Below, piece by piece: positions 12,638 to 25,939 of a stretch of 64,000 nucleotides of DNA (position 1 is its first letter; each line of letters begins with the position of its first letter). A program made the translations under genes and the position numbers. A model generated the notes under the pieces. That model was not told where the DNA came from and made no database searches. It worked only from the letters and a program-made list of their open reading frames with translations. Source of the stretch: Curvularia clavata (taxonomy: Eukaryota); contig CP089280.1 of the NCBI GenBank assembly GCA_023920165.1, forward strand, positions 372,001 to 436,000, given 5' to 3'.

Positions 12638-13953
12638 TCTTGAACACAAGGTAGCGATTGTGGTAGCAAGTCTTCTTCTCCTGTTGTTAAGAGTTGACGT
12701 TTGCGTGACTGCTTGTATTGAGTCGAGCGGATGAGCAGCCTTTATACAGTTCCTTTGGTGCGCGGATAACCTTTTTCTTCCCATGTGATTTTGAAGACTG
12801 AGGTAACTGAGACGACTGGAATGGGAATATCCGTCTTGTCAAGTCGAGGCATCGCTCACGACTTCTGGCTACCTGGCGCTAGGTCTGGTGCTAGTAACGC
12901 CATCTTCTTTTTTCTCTTGCAAGGCGTCGGTGGGCATGACTCTCCTCCTTCGAGCAACACACGCCGGGCTGGAACAGTGGTGTGCTGCTCCAGTGTCGCC
13001 CAGTGGCGGCCTAGCATTGATCAAGGACAATGGCGCGGTAAACTGACTATCGATGGCTTAAAGATATGGCCTCAAGTTCTCATTTCTTACCAAAGGTTGC
13101 ACAGTTTAGCCAAGCCGTTGGTCAGGTAATTGGCTCCCGCAGCTTATGCAGGTACGATACTGTGCAGGCATACGCTGTACGGTAGGAAGAAAGACCGATC
13201 AACCACTCAGCGTGGTGGCTATGCCCGCCATAATGGCTCATTGAGATAGGTCCCTGTCTCGTTCGCCCCCCAGAGAGGGATGATTTGCATGAGATGTTGC
13301 ACAAGTGGCGAGGCCGTGTGGTAACCTGGTATAATTGGTGGCGTTGCTGCTAACCATTCGCTTTGAGCTGTGATACTAGGTATTCTGCTGAGAGCCTCCC
13401 TCGCTACATATTTTTCAAAGACGTATAACGTTAGGTGCAGTGTGAGTCTGTAGCCATGGTTCTGGGATCCCATACGGATGCTGGTGCTCTCTTGGTTCTC
13501 CAAGTCACAATAATTTCCGGTCCCAAGGGTACCAAAGATATGGCTTAGAAAATGAGTTCTGGACGGTAGTTAGTCGTGTCACACCAATTACTCCATGTCC
13601 GGTGCTCAACGGTCGGATTGTAGACTCATCCATGTCACCGGTTCATGTAGGACAGTGTTACGCTTTTGTGATACATGTCTGTTCGAGTCCTAGTGTCATC
13701 TACCAAGATACAATCTGCAGGGCAGAACTAACGGGTAATCATCTGTGGCCACTTAAACGCATGTTTATCATTTTCGCTCACGGATCTCGCATAGCTTCTT
13801 GTGCAATGCCTAAATCTAAGACCATCTTGATCAGTCGAACCAAGCTTTAAGACTGTACATGGTTCCATTTTCGGTTGCCGAATTACCGAGACTACCCCAA
13901 GTCGAGAGGAACAGTTCAAGTACGCCATTAAGTAAGGCTGAGAATCCACAGAC

Positions 13954-15436
13954 CTAGGCGGGCGGGAGAAAATTAGCGAAAAGCATTCCCTGAACGAGAC
14001 CGTATACGATGATGCCCCGAACAAACCATTGCGTTTTTGGGGGACGATTCTTCGTGAAATTTTCATGCGCTGAGTCTGTTATCCATGTGGCGATCATGAG
14101 ATACCAAAGCGGATACCCCGAGGCGATCCGATTCACAATCTGAACATGGAAGCTCGTGACAGCCAAGGCAGCCAGCAGTAATTGTGGAAGTGCTAATTCA
14201 GGCAGCTTGCATATGGCAGAGCTTGCGTCTCTTGCCGTCGTACTTTTACCAACTCCAGGGTCAATATTTTCCTGCAACAGGTTTCGCACGCAGCTGCGAA
14301 GATGGGTAACACTCGAGGTAAAAAGAAGCCATACAGTCGGTGCTGCTAGCACGAACAGAGGCAGATTCGATAGAGTCCAATACCGGAAAAGTCCCACATT
14401 CCTAGCGATAGTTAGTCCAGTAAGCCTCTTTGAGAAGCCTACTTACCAGTAATGACTTTGTACCCATGAGTAAATGCTTGGGAGGCTCTTCTCACACCAT
14501 GGTCGTGTTCCGGCGACACTCTCTCGATTACAAAACTCCAAAAATGCAAAGTATTGTGGTCCGACAAAGGCTAGGGCTATCATGCTGCCAGAAACACAGG
14601 CGATGAAGATCTTCCTTATGTCATGAACGCTCCGCTGGGTAGATGTAAGGTTAAGAAGATACCCCGCAACATCGTATAATAAAATGGTACCACTAAACAA
14701 GCCATTGCTCCTCATAAGTGTCGCAGCAGCGAAAAACAACCCGGCACCGAGCTTTTGGGCGTCTTCTTGGAAAGAGAAAGTCCTAGTCCTAGCCATGGTC
14801 TTGGATTGGGCGTACAAGAGCATCCCTGTGAAATTGAGAAAAGAGAACATGGCTTCTGCGTATGGTGCACACATGAACAAAGAGGCTGGTGTCAAGACAT
14901 GCAGGACAGCCGCAATGAAAGAGACGGTTTTGCCCCGCTGCGGTTCCAGAACCAAGGTCAAAAGGCGATACAGCACTAACACAGAGAGGAGGTGGCAAGT
15001 GTTGGAGACGAGGATGCCAGCCAGCACATAGTAATGAAACGGAGGCGTTGCGCTTCCACTCATCACTGCTGGCCATCAGCACTCTAAAAGAAGCAATAGG
15101 CGGCTCTTACTCACGTTGACCCACTAGGCCCAAAAGTCGCGAGTAGACGCCGCTGAATGCCCACGCTTGCTCGTGGATCAGGCCACGCTCAGCTGCCTTT
15201 ACAAAGTACAACGCGTCCCATCTCACTAGGTTGAGGAGGAAGCGCTCAAAACGTGTAGAAACTTCGAAATGACGGTAACGCTGCACGCTCGCGTCCAGCA
15301 ATATGAGGCCGGATGTGTCGTATCCAGGGCCTGGACAGAAGGCTGCAAGGGCGAGAAGAAGTACCTTCCATAGTAAAAATACGTAAACTAGGCGATTGAT
15401 TTGGCCCTGCCCAAGGAGGTCGAATCCGTTCTTCAT
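13954..15436 (-). CDS. GPI18: GPI mannosyltransferase 2 (PIG-V); introns 15069-15114, 14402-14446
   Basis: Motifs PGYDTS, RWDALYF, EQAWAF, APYAEAMF, RSNG, YSWVQSHYW|NVGLFRYW, HVQIVNR and terminal FLPPA; multi-pass hydrophobic. The first intron has an in-frame NAGNAG acceptor. Confidence 0.93.
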
Positions 15437-15656
15437 GTTGCAATGCGATCTGATGCAATAGACATAGAGTGGTGGCAGAAGGAGTTGCCGCGCTCCGATT
15501 GGGCAGGCCACTAGCGTCGGCACAATAATTTTCCGCTTCCGCGCCCACTCGCTTCGCGTGGATTTCGCTAGGTGCGACTTCTGCGCCCGCTCTCGATTTC
15601 TTCGTCAAGCCCAATATCGCCAACGTCAACCTCGTCGACCGCCGCCAACACATCCT

Positions 15657-15835
15657 GTAAGCGCACTTCCACGCAATGAATGCTCGTTAGCATTTCCGCC
15701 GCATTGCTCTGCATTTGCATGAGCATGTCGCGCAAAGATGGCTAGAGCGTAGACTGGCCGCAAGGCCTTCTTGCTCTTACGAGATTCAAACCGAAAATGC
15801 GTGAACATTCGCTAATGGTTTGTTCTCTATGACAG
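15657..15835 (+). other. Probable 5'-UTR intron of the eL8 gene, highly structured
   Basis: GTAAGC donor at 15657, GCTAAT branch at 15811 and CAG acceptor at 15835, three bases before the ATG. Confidence 0.7.
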
Positions 15836-15838
15836 AAA

Positions 15839-16870
15839 ATGCCACCAAAAGGAAGCGGTAAGAAGCCTGCGGCTTTCCCCCAGGCCAGCTCCAAGTCGGC
15901 TGCGTCCAAGAAGCAGAAGGTGAGTTCTCTTCCACGCTGAACAATATTTTTTGTTACTGAACCCCAGTCTTTCTGCTCGCCCCTACCACACTCCATTCCC
16001 CCCAATTGCGCAAATTCCGTTCTTCTCAAACCTGCTGCTAACTAGAGTAGAACCCCCTCATCGAGAAGAGGCCCCGCAACTATGGCATCGGCCAGGACAT
16101 CCAGCCCCAGCGCAACCTCGGCCGCATGGTCCGATGGCCCGCCTACGTCCGCCTTCAGCGCCAGAAGAAGATCCTGAACATGCGTCTCAAGGTCCCTCCT
16201 TCGTTAGTTTCCCCGAAAAAAATTTGCATCTAACAGAACGTGTCTGACTTTGACCCAGCATCGCTCAGTTCCAGCACGTTGCCGACCGTAACCTGTATGT
16301 CTCTCACCCCGACCTACGTCTTCGAAGACTAACACAATATTCAGCGCCACCCAGGCCTTCAAGCTCCTCAACAAGTACCGCCCAGAGACCAAGGCCGAGA
16401 AGAAGGAGAGGCTCACCAAGGAGGCTACCGCCGTCGCCGAGGGCAAGAAGAAGGAGGATGTTTCCAAGAAGCCCTACGTCGCCAAGTACGGTCTGAACCA
16501 CGTCGTCGGCCTCATTGAGAACAAGAAGGCTTCGCTCGTCCTCATCGCCAACGACGTTGACCCTATTGAGCTCGTCATCTTCCTGCCCGCTCTCTGCCGC
16601 AAGATGGGTGTCCCATACGTCATCGTCAAGGGCAAGGCCCGTCTCGGTACGGTTGTTCACCAGAAGACCGCCGCTGTCCTGGCCCTGACCGAGGTCCGCT
16701 CCGAGGACAAGAACGAGCTCCAGAAGCTCGTCACCGCCGTCAACGACGGTTACCTCGAGAAGCACCACAAGGAGGCCACCCGCCACTGGGGTGGTGGTAT
16801 CATGGGTGCCAAGGCCAACGCCCGCATGGAGAAGCGCAGGAAGGCTGTTGAGAGCGCCATCAAGATCTAA
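15839..16870 (+). CDS. RPL8: 60S ribosomal protein eL8 (L7a/L8); introns 15920-16050, 16203-16258, 16295-16344
   Basis: [60 protein letters not shown]; strong codon bias. Confidence 0.97.
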
Positions 16871-17171
16871 GCGAGTCTTGGGGTGCTTTGAAGGTTTCAT
16901 GATGACTTTATGGCGTGTCTCTTATCTCTGCATGTACGCGGTTCACAATACCAACGGAGTTTAGGAGGGTTAAAAGCAGTCGCTAACGACGACTACATTG
17001 ACTGGAATCGATTTGATAACGCACGCCAATTCTACACTGTCATGTGATGTGATGCCATGAAGTATCCGGGCGGCTTGCCCATGTGTCTGAATTACCATGT
17101 TGCTAAGATCAACTGCGCTCACAAGCGCTCTCTTGGGTCTGGTCTCCCTGCTCCAGCTCATGCAACTCATT

Positions 17172-18722
17172 CTAGAAGTTGTCAATTCGCGTACCAATGC
17201 TTCGCGCATCCGCCAAATTCACCAACTCGCTCCCCACCACGACGTCCATCAGTCCCAAACCAACGCTCTTATATATCACATTGCCCTTTGTCAGCCACTC
17301 AATCAAGCTCTTATGCGCCTTGTCCTCACTCTCATGATGCTTATCTTTCTCTTTCCCACCCGCACCACGCGTCTTCTTCTTACTCGACTCACACTCTCCC
17401 AACTCGACACCACCCAAATCAAGCCCTTCATCCTCCATCTTCTTACTCGCCATACATTCTTTGCGCCTCCTCTCTGCATCACGTTTAAGCATAACGAGCT
17501 CGCCGATTTCGACGACTTGCTCGGGGCCCAGACCTGCTTGGACTAGTTCACCGGCTTCCCTGAGGCACTTGTCGACACTATCTACGATGATGGCGCCGCC
17601 TTGTTGTGCGTGCTTGTGAAAGTGGCGGTGGCCGTGTTCAGGCGCAACGTTTTGGCGTATGATGTCTGGGTGCAGTTCTACCATGGAGGGGGAGAGGGAA
17701 CCAATAGCGGCTATGTAGCGGCCTTTTTTCCGGCCTTCGGGGTTGGTTAAGATGGCAGCTGGGAAGAGAGGCGCTACAGAGGGTGTGCAGAGGAAGATGC
17801 AGCTGCTGGAGCGGAGAGTTGCATGTAGGTGACGAGTGTACTCGCTATGGGAAGGGGTCAGGATTTGTATCTTTGGCCTAGAGAGAGCTTCCGACTGTGA
17901 CGGATCTCTGTACGTGGGAATATGCTGTGGGTCTGGATTGAATGCTCGGGGCGCTTCGTGGGGGTTATACAGCATCTCGAGCAATTGGTGTACGTGCTCA
18001 AAATCGCGATTGATGATGTTGAGGTGGTGAATATCTTCTCCTCGAAGTAAGAGTGCGAGGCGTATATGCCAGTAGGCTTGTCGCCCAGCCCCAAAGACAA
18101 CCACGTCGTGCACGTTATGCCGTTTCTTAAAGAGCATAGTGCTTGCGAGCGCAGTGCGGAAAGCTGTTACTTCGGAGGTGTTGAGGAGAGCGCGCGGCTT
18201 ACCCGAGTTGTCGAAGAGGGTGAGGCTCCCATGTTGTGTGGAAGCTGAAAACGACAGTGAGTGAATAGACGATCTTGTCGTGGGCAAACTCTTGGTTGAT
18301 GACGTAGATTGCTGGGACAGTGTGAGTGAACCCAGAGAAGAATTTATCGACCCAGTCTCAGACGGTCGTGAGTCCTGGATGCTGTTGTTTAGATGTGTCG
18401 TGATCTTGACTCCCAGGCCATCGTTGCTACATGGTATTAGCGACTTGTGTCTTTTCTCTCTGCAAAACCACGCGAAGAAGGAAAATTGATATACGTGCCT
18501 ACTAGCTGGTGTGACCATCATCACTCCTCCATCTTTACTCCTGAAACTCGTTCCCGCTGATTGGTAACTCTCACAACATCCATTGTTGTCATCCTCTTCG
18601 GTACTTGTCGAGTAGTGATGTAGCGCATCAGCCAGGCTTTGCTGCAAGTCGAGTATATCCTGCTTGGTCAGCTGCAAAAGAAGTTTGCGGATATCCGGCT
18701 CAGATAAGACCGTCAAAGACAT
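17172..18722 (-). CDS. Ornithine cyclodeaminase/mu-crystallin family protein (PrnX-like); probable GC-AG intron 18427-18498
   Basis: VTAFRTALAS, VFGAGRQAYWH Rossmann motif, IAAIGS, CLREAGEL and IYKSVGLGLMD. Confidence 0.85.
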   Translation of the reverse strand: MSLTVLSEPDIRKLLLQLTKQDILDLQQSLADALHHYSTSTEEDDNNGCCESYQSAGTSFRSKDGGVMMVTPASRHVYQFSFFAWFCREKRHKSLIPCSNDGLGVKITTHLNNSIQDSRPSETGSINSSLGSLTLSQQSTSSTKSLPTTRSSIHSLSFSASTQHGSLTLFDNSGKPRALLNTSEVTAFRTALASTMLFKKRHNVHDVVVFGAGRQAYWHIRLALLLRGEDIHHLNIINRDFEHVHQLLEMLYNPHEAPRAFNPDPQHIPTYRDPSQSEALSRPKIQILTPSHSEYTRHLHATLRSSSCIFLCTPSVAPLFPAAILTNPEGRKKGRYIAAIGSLSPSMVELHPDIIRQNVAPEHGHRHFHKHAQQGGAIIVDSVDKCLREAGELVQAGLGPEQVVEIGELVMLKRDAERRRKECMASKKMEDEGLDLGGVELGECESSKKKTRGAGGKEKDKHHESEDKAHKSLIEWLTKGNVIYKSVGLGLMDVVVGSELVNLADARSIGTRIDNF

Positions 18723-19146
18723 GGTATGCAAAGCACAATTGAAAGGAAATGGAGCAGTCGGCAGTTGTGATGGTAGTTGTGCAGCAGAGGGGTATCAAGG
18801 AGGGTATGATGTAGATGGGCAAGGGCGGCTTAAGCTTCCTAAGCAAGTGGGGGGTGAGCTTAGGAGGGGCAGCTGCGGCTCTCTTGGGAAAATTGGAGCT
18901 GAACAGGCATCTTCATCCATCACGTATGAGTAAGCAGCAGAAGCAGTCATGGACGGCTTGATGTATAAGCACAAAAACTACGGAGTAGATGCCGATAATC
19001 TCCACATAGCGCCGTACATGCAACACCCCATCATATCAGTCGTAACCATGATCTTTTCTGTTCCTTGCTATAGTACATTGTTTTTTTTTAACATCAAAAC
19101 ACACAAAGTTATCATTGGTCTTTATCCACGACTGCCTTGTTTGCAT

Positions 19147-22100
19147 CTAAGCGAAGTAGCTCTTCCAGAGTACACCCTCAAGATCTTCTAACTGATCTTG
19201 CTCAAACGCCTGTTTTGATGATTAGTATTTGATTTGTATTGAGACGTTTTCATGGAGAATGAGGAACTTACCTTGACGTCCACATGCCAGGTATCCTGCC
19301 TGGTCTTCTTGAAGTCTGCCAAAATAGTCTTGACACTCTTGCCTACCATACCGGGATCGGCTGCTGCCTTCCTAGCGAGCGTGGCTAGCACTTCCGGTAG
19401 CCATGTTGGTGGAGGACTCTGGTAAGGGAATGCTTGGACGAGCGCGCCCAGGCCCAGTACAGCAGCATGGCGAGTCAAGACGAGCTTGCCCTGCTCAGCT
19501 GTTGGCGTGCCTGGAATGCGCTTCTTCGGTAGTGGGTTCTTGGTGAGCTGCTTGGTGAACTGCTCCTTGAGCGTCGAGACTTGGCGATCACGGAATGCAA
19601 TGGGGGAGCAGCGAATCATCCCGGACAAAGTAGTGGCGGCACCCATACGCACCTCCAGCTGGGAGTCGGACAGCATAGCAGACACGCAATCGAACATGCT
19701 TTGCTGCTGTTCTTCGCTCATCAGGAATAATCGACGGAAATAGATGACCTGGATGTTGATCAGAATCCTCAGACGCTGATGCCAGCTGGTTGCGTTGCGT
19801 CCGATCCGAATAAGCGCAGCGATAAATTCCGCGTCTTCACCTTCGCGATGCGGTATGTTGGGCAGGTGCCGGAAAACGTGGTAAGCGAGGGATTGCAACT
19901 CTGGATCCTCCTTGATATCCATCATGTGGAGCAGTTGCTCCATGAAGACATCTGGGAAGAAGCTAACAAGCGACGTGCATTCATACGAGGAAAGAGTAGT
20001 ATCAAGCCAGAGCAGGACTGTTTTGCCACCCGATGTGTATGAAGAGGGCGTTTGTTGTCCCGCAGGCCGCTCCTGGCGCCATACCTCGAGTTGGTTGAAG
20101 ACGTCAGTGATAGTCTTTGAAAATTCTTCAGTGGGTTGGTACGGGCGGACACCGATTGAAGAAGCCTCCTTTTGTGCTTTGATGAGCGTGCCGACGTCCT
20201 TGTAAGATTCGTGGTAACGCGTCCTAAAAATGCCTGCGATGGTCTGGCCCATAGCTTCACGTACGCCCTTGTACGGGTGATCAAGGTGCTTCATGAAGTC
20301 TTCCAGGATTGGCTTCTCAAGTCGGAAGTGCCAGCCGGCATCGGAGATGCACTGGGTAAGCAAGTGGATCTTCGAGCTCTCCTTGAAAGCGGCATTGGAC
20401 TCCATGTCCAGGCGGAAGCTGGCCAGCCAGTCAACTAGCGGCCATCCACGTCGAGGATCTTTGGACTGTAACACAACATGCAAGAACGTGGTCCAGTAGC
20501 CGGAATTTTCTGGAGTCAAGCCATCCTGGAAGATGCCGCGGACGATAGGGAAGACGTACTCCCACACCGCTTCGCGCTGATCAGCTTTGAGGTCTGGTGC
20601 ACACGAAAGCAACGCAGCCATGATCTCAGCAGTCGCGCGGTGTTGATGCTTATCACTGCCATCACCATAAACCGACTGGGTCAAATCCTTGATATCTTCA
20701 AATGTGGCTTCTGTCAGGCCACAGAAGACAAGATCAAACGAGTGAGTCAGCACCATTGCGCTCGACATGCGGAAACGATCAGCGCTGTTATCGCGAGGCT
20801 CCTGCTTCATAAACGCAAAGTAATTCGAGAACCAGGATCGAGTCAGATGCTTCGCAATCTTTTGGCGGACCCCATTCTCAACGTCGTCGTATGCCAGCTG
20901 TGGGGCATTTGGCTTGAACGCCGTCATGCTCTTGGTCCATACTAGCCATCCGGGGTAATCAAAGTCGATGTAGTACTTGGCTTCTGGCTGTGCGAATGAT
21001 GCCAAGTACTCTGCCGTCCAATTAGGATCTTCTGGCCTGGTCTCGACTGAGATTTTGTCGGGCAAATCTTCTTCGTTCAACAAGTATTTCTCGTAGTCAT
21101 GACCTGTGATAGCGCGGGTCTGGATGACTGAATAAAGGCCGATGAGTGCACCAGCGTACAACCCCCGGAGACTGGGATGTTGATCAATGGTTCCCTTGGT
21201 GACAAGGTCAATCATCTCATCAGATGCAACAGTGTCGTAGCGCATTCCTAGATTGACGATGATGGCCGCAGTCCTGCTAACCTTCTTCCAGTGTTCTGTG
21301 TTGGCAATCTCTACAAGTTCCTTGGACAACTGAGACTTCTTCTCTTCAATGCGAGCACGCTTCTTCTTGATGTAGTCACGTCGCTTGCCGACTTTAGCAT
21401 GTACACTGTCGCCCTCACTGGAGTCGATGGCGTATGCGATAGACTCTACTACTTCCTTGGGCAAAATGACCATGCGTTCCATTGCTTTGCCCATGTCCAT
21501 AATCTGGAAAGTAGCGTTGGTTGCAAGTTTCTGCACCGAGGGTTTATCGGCACCAGTGACCTCGATGAAGGCCTTGATAAGCTTGGGTGTAAACCGCCAG
21601 TCGCGACTGATTGTCTTTGCCAAACTACCAAACAAGAGCGCGAACATGGCACCCTTGATACGAGGGTAGTCGCTCTCTGCTACAGCCTTGACAAAGGCGT
21701 CTAGCAGGGATGGGATAACCAGCGGTCGAGCGCCAAGCACACACTTGACAGCTGATTCGTTGGCGGTTTGTGCAGTGCGTCGTATCTCAGTGTAGAGGGA
21801 AATGCTTGATTCAGCAAGATCGAGTAGCAGAGTCATGTCAAGGTCCGTCTTTGGTCGCGGGTTGGCGTTGTGTCGCAGCCTTTGCAGGTGATAGACGTTT
21901 GCCCTTCGGACGAGCAGAGGTCGTGGATACTGCTTCCGTAGTCCGCTGAATCGGAAAGGTCGCTCGTCATTCTCCAAAAGCCTAGATATCCGGTCAAGTA
22001 CATGAGCGGATCGCTCAATGCCAACGTCGATGAACCATGAACGGTAGGCGTTGTACAACGAATTGAAGCATGGAACATCGTCAGGCTGCTTCTCAATCAA

Positions 22101-25100
22101 GAACTTGTGTACGTTGTGAAGCATCTCGCCAACCTGCCTACGTAAGTCGTGGACGAGATTGTAATTGTCGTCGCCACGGCGTAAAGGATACCCAGCTTCG
22201 TACTGGAAGGTAGGCTTGACTTCTTCGTCTTCAGCTTCGCCAAGACCAGCATCGTCGTCAATGCCTTCTGTGTCCATGGCGTCTGGATCCGAGCCGTCAT
22301 TCGATTCATTGCTGCCATCGGTGAACTGATCGTGTCGAACATCAAAAAGGACTGAGATACCAGAAATGATCAATCGCAATAGAACGAGGTTACGAGACAC
22401 CTCATCAGACCAATCTTTTCCGGTGCCTTCGCGCTTGATTGGAGAATCCGGTTGTATAAGAGCATTCAGCGCCTTCATCGCGTTGCTGGCATGAGCCTCG
22501 AACAACTTGACTGCGAAGTCTATCTCTTTCGCGCTCGGCGTGTGCCACTTGATGTTCAGCTTCTTGATGTCAACTTGTCTGCCCCATGACTCAGTTGACA
22601 AGCCCTGTTCGAGCTCGTCTTGCTCATAGATGGAGTAATCAATCGTATAGGTGCAGGTCAGGTTGAGAAGCAAGTGGTGGATGAAGTTAGAAACATGTAC
22701 AGTGGGTGTACCTCGACACTTCTGTTGCATGTATTCTGCAATCTCAAATAGTTCGTCCTTCCATTCAAGAACTGCATCACCAACATGGACAACACACATG
22801 CTAAGAATGCACAAGTTCCACACAAGCGCACGATCGCGCGGGAGTACCTCGGCACCTGTTGTTCGTGTTGAGCCAGCACCAATCTCATCAATCTCAGTAC
22901 GGATACCTGCCAGGAGATGTGGTAAGAGGCGCTTCAGGGCTTTTTCGGGGTTTATCTTAACAAGACTGTTGCAGATGAACGCAATAGCATCTTTTGCCTG
23001 GTGAACCACATGGTTCGTGATGAAGTTGGCAATCTTATCAAGCGCGATATCGTACAGCTCAGGAGACAGTGCAGCAAGCAGTGGCGTGAAGGCCGCTGGG
23101 AGTTGGTTCACCACGTATTCCTCGGGCGAACCACTGCGGACTCTAGACGCATCTGGCAAATTCTCCAACAGTGTGAAGACGCGGCCAAGGAATGTGATGA
23201 GGAACTCATTGAGTCCGGTGGTGGAGGACCGGAGTATCATAGCCTCATCGTGGTCACTAAGTTCTTCATCGTAGTTGATCTCAATATTGCCATTGGCATT
23301 CTCGAGTCGATCGACTTGGGCTGTAATCCACTCCAGAGCCAAGCCGGTGTCACCACCGGCATCGTCCATGGGCGAACTTGCACCATCTCTAGAAGTCTCA
23401 TCGTTCGACGCCTTCTTTGCCTTGGTAAGATCCTGGAATGGGATCAGGTAGCACACACCCTGAATATATTGCAAAGTATGCAGCGTCTTCTCTAAGTCGT
23501 TGGCGTCAATACCAGGTAGTGCAAGCCCAAGCACCGATGTAACGTGGCACCGAAAACCTTTTGTCTTGGCCATGACCTTTGAAAGCATGTGCAACGCACG
23601 GATAGACGAAATTGTGCGATGCACCTCGACGAGCCCCTGCATTGCGGGGTAAATTCGCTGTAATGCACCTGGCAGAATCAGGTTGGGCTCGAGGTACGCC
23701 AGACTTTGTAGAGTGGACAAAGCGTATTGCACAGCTTTGTCACTTTTAGAGAAGATACCCATGAACGTGACCTCGCGCAGGCAGAGCACAAAGCGTCGCT
23801 TGACCGCATCATTCAGTCGTCGTTCCTCTGGCACGTCCATCTCGCCACTGTGCTCTCGGTTCCAGCGTAGCACGAATATGTCGGCAAGGTAGTACACAAA
23901 CTGCGCCAGAGGCCTGGTCCAACTTCCAGAGTTGGAGGGATGGAAAAACGTTTCAACTGCTTGGACCAAGCCCTCCAGCTTGGTTAGTGTGGAATCTGGA
24001 TGTTCAGCAGAAGCAGGCGACAATGACATTGCGATGATACGGGCAATGTGGTGTGTGGATGGATGTTTCCGAGGATCGCGGTCTAGCATCACAGCTAGCC
24101 CCGCCCCAAGATCGACCGTACTGCTATATGGAGAGGTTGCTTGACCAACTGGGATCTCGAGCAGACGTAAAATGGCCGTGAATATTTGGGACGATTGCTC
24201 TCCCGTGAAGATTCCATACTGCGAAAAGGGCACATGGGCCGCAGTCAGATTGTCCCGGGCCAATCTCGATAAGGTGTCGATGTAGTGTGCATCAAAGAGT
24301 CGCGATCGGTTTACGAGTGACCACAGGTGGAAAAATGTGGGGAGATATTCTTGTGGCAGTAGCTGCTGCATGCCCTCTGGAGCTGGATGAGTCGGGAGTA
24401 GCAGATTCAGCAGCCCGACAACAACAAATGCATTCTCACTAAATGAGGTGCTGAAGAAGGGCAAGAGTTCTTCGAGCATGGCTGGTATCTCCTTGGGATC
24501 GAAGTAGGACTGCGCAAAGGTGCACATTTTGGTCAGGGTGCGAATGTTACGCTTGACGTTTGGTGGGTGTGAGCCGCCCGACTCCGAGGGCAGAACAAAC
24601 ATCTTTAGCTCCCTATATAGCGGTCGCCAATCGAGTATTAGGTCGATGCCAGGTCGGAGGTAGTGTTTACGCCTGTCAAGCTGTCAGTGGCTACCCGTGA
24701 CTTGAAACTTCGGTTTCAGTTCCACTTACTTGGTCAAGACCATGAACATGCTCGCAAAGCGCTCGGCCACCAAATAGTCTAGCCCTGGGGCCAGTGCCAG
24801 CTCATAGTAGAGGTTCACCAGCTTCACGCGCGTGCTGCGAGGAAGATCAAACTTGAGCGACAGCCAGCCCCGAATCTCGCGCGTCCAGTGCACTGCGCCC
24901 GGCGCAAAGTCGCCCGCTGAGACGGCAATATAGAGATGCTTCAAACATGTGTTAAGGCTCTCCTCGCGGTCGCCCTGGTCTTCTGTCTGGTAGGGAAGAT
25001 ATTCAAAGTATGGAAATGTTCGAGGGCGGCGCCTGTCATCGGCCCCGTTGACGCTGCCGTTGGCCTGCCGCCAGTCGCCACCCGGAGAGGTAGCACGAGA

Positions 25101-25166
25101 GGTGTCCGGGCCCGAGCCGGTGTCGAGGGCGCTCATGAGCTGCGATATGCGTTCGCTCACCGCCAT
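19147..25166 (-). CDS. BLM10: Proteasome activator Blm10/PA200; exons 24730-25166, 19272-24672, 19147-19209
   Basis: ETFFHPSNSGSW, ALPGIDANDLEKT, RHAAVLGLGALVQAFPY and FKKTRQDTW. The spliced last exon gives the canonical HbYX end LWKSYFA*. Confidence 0.95.
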
Positions 25167-25939
25167 GATGCCGGCTGGTGAAGGGGTAGGTGAGGGATTC
25201 TATGTGTGGCCGGGGTATGCCTAGGGCGCGGTGGGGAGTGCGTTGAGATGTAGGATCATTAATGCCGGGCTAGCAATGCGTAACCGATCAAAGCCAAGGC
25301 TTGTTTGTTCACTGAGACTAGCAAGAGTCAGCAAGCTGTTGGGGGAGTGGTATGGCAATCAATGACGGGGGCCGTGGCAGGGCATGGGTATACGGGATGA
25401 AGTGAACACCACTGTATGCAAGCAAGACGGCGGGGCTGGCGGCGAATTGGGGGCAGCACGCGACTTACATAGCGAGTGGGTTTGATGTGGTATTATTGTT
25501 TTCCGCTGGAGGCAAGAATATGGTGTTGGAGATGTGCTCAGCCCGGGTGCAATGGTGGGGAGAGCCAGGTGGTTGCTGTGGGTAGCCGCTGCCTCGTTCC
25601 TATGACATGTAGGTTCCAGAAGCTTTGGCCAGGCGATGTAGCAGCGCGGCCAGCCAGCTCGACTAGGCCAACGCGTAGCGGGAACTTCACCAGGATACTG
25701 CTGCGAATAAGGAAAGCTTTTTTTCGACTCACTCCACAAAGGCAAGACCTTGCTACGCTGCTTCTCTGGAAACAGCCGTTGAGACGTGCTCGACTGCACA
25801 CTGGCCGGGTGCGCTATATACCGTCGCTCCTCCGCCAGGCATTCGCGAGACGCGCAACACTGAGGTCGCCACGCAGTAAGCAACCCCGTTTCCACTCCCT
25901 CTGCTAGTATGACTTTGCTTTTTGCCCCGTTATCGTCCA

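Noticed and set aside
13670..13710. GTTCGAGTCC B-box-like motif followed by CCA
   Set aside because: No cloverleaf, T-stem or A box can be built, so this is not a tRNA.
19188..19271. Blm10 ORF apparently ending without its HbYX motif
   Set aside because: Artefact of reading into intron 19210-19271; the spliced last exon ends SYFA.
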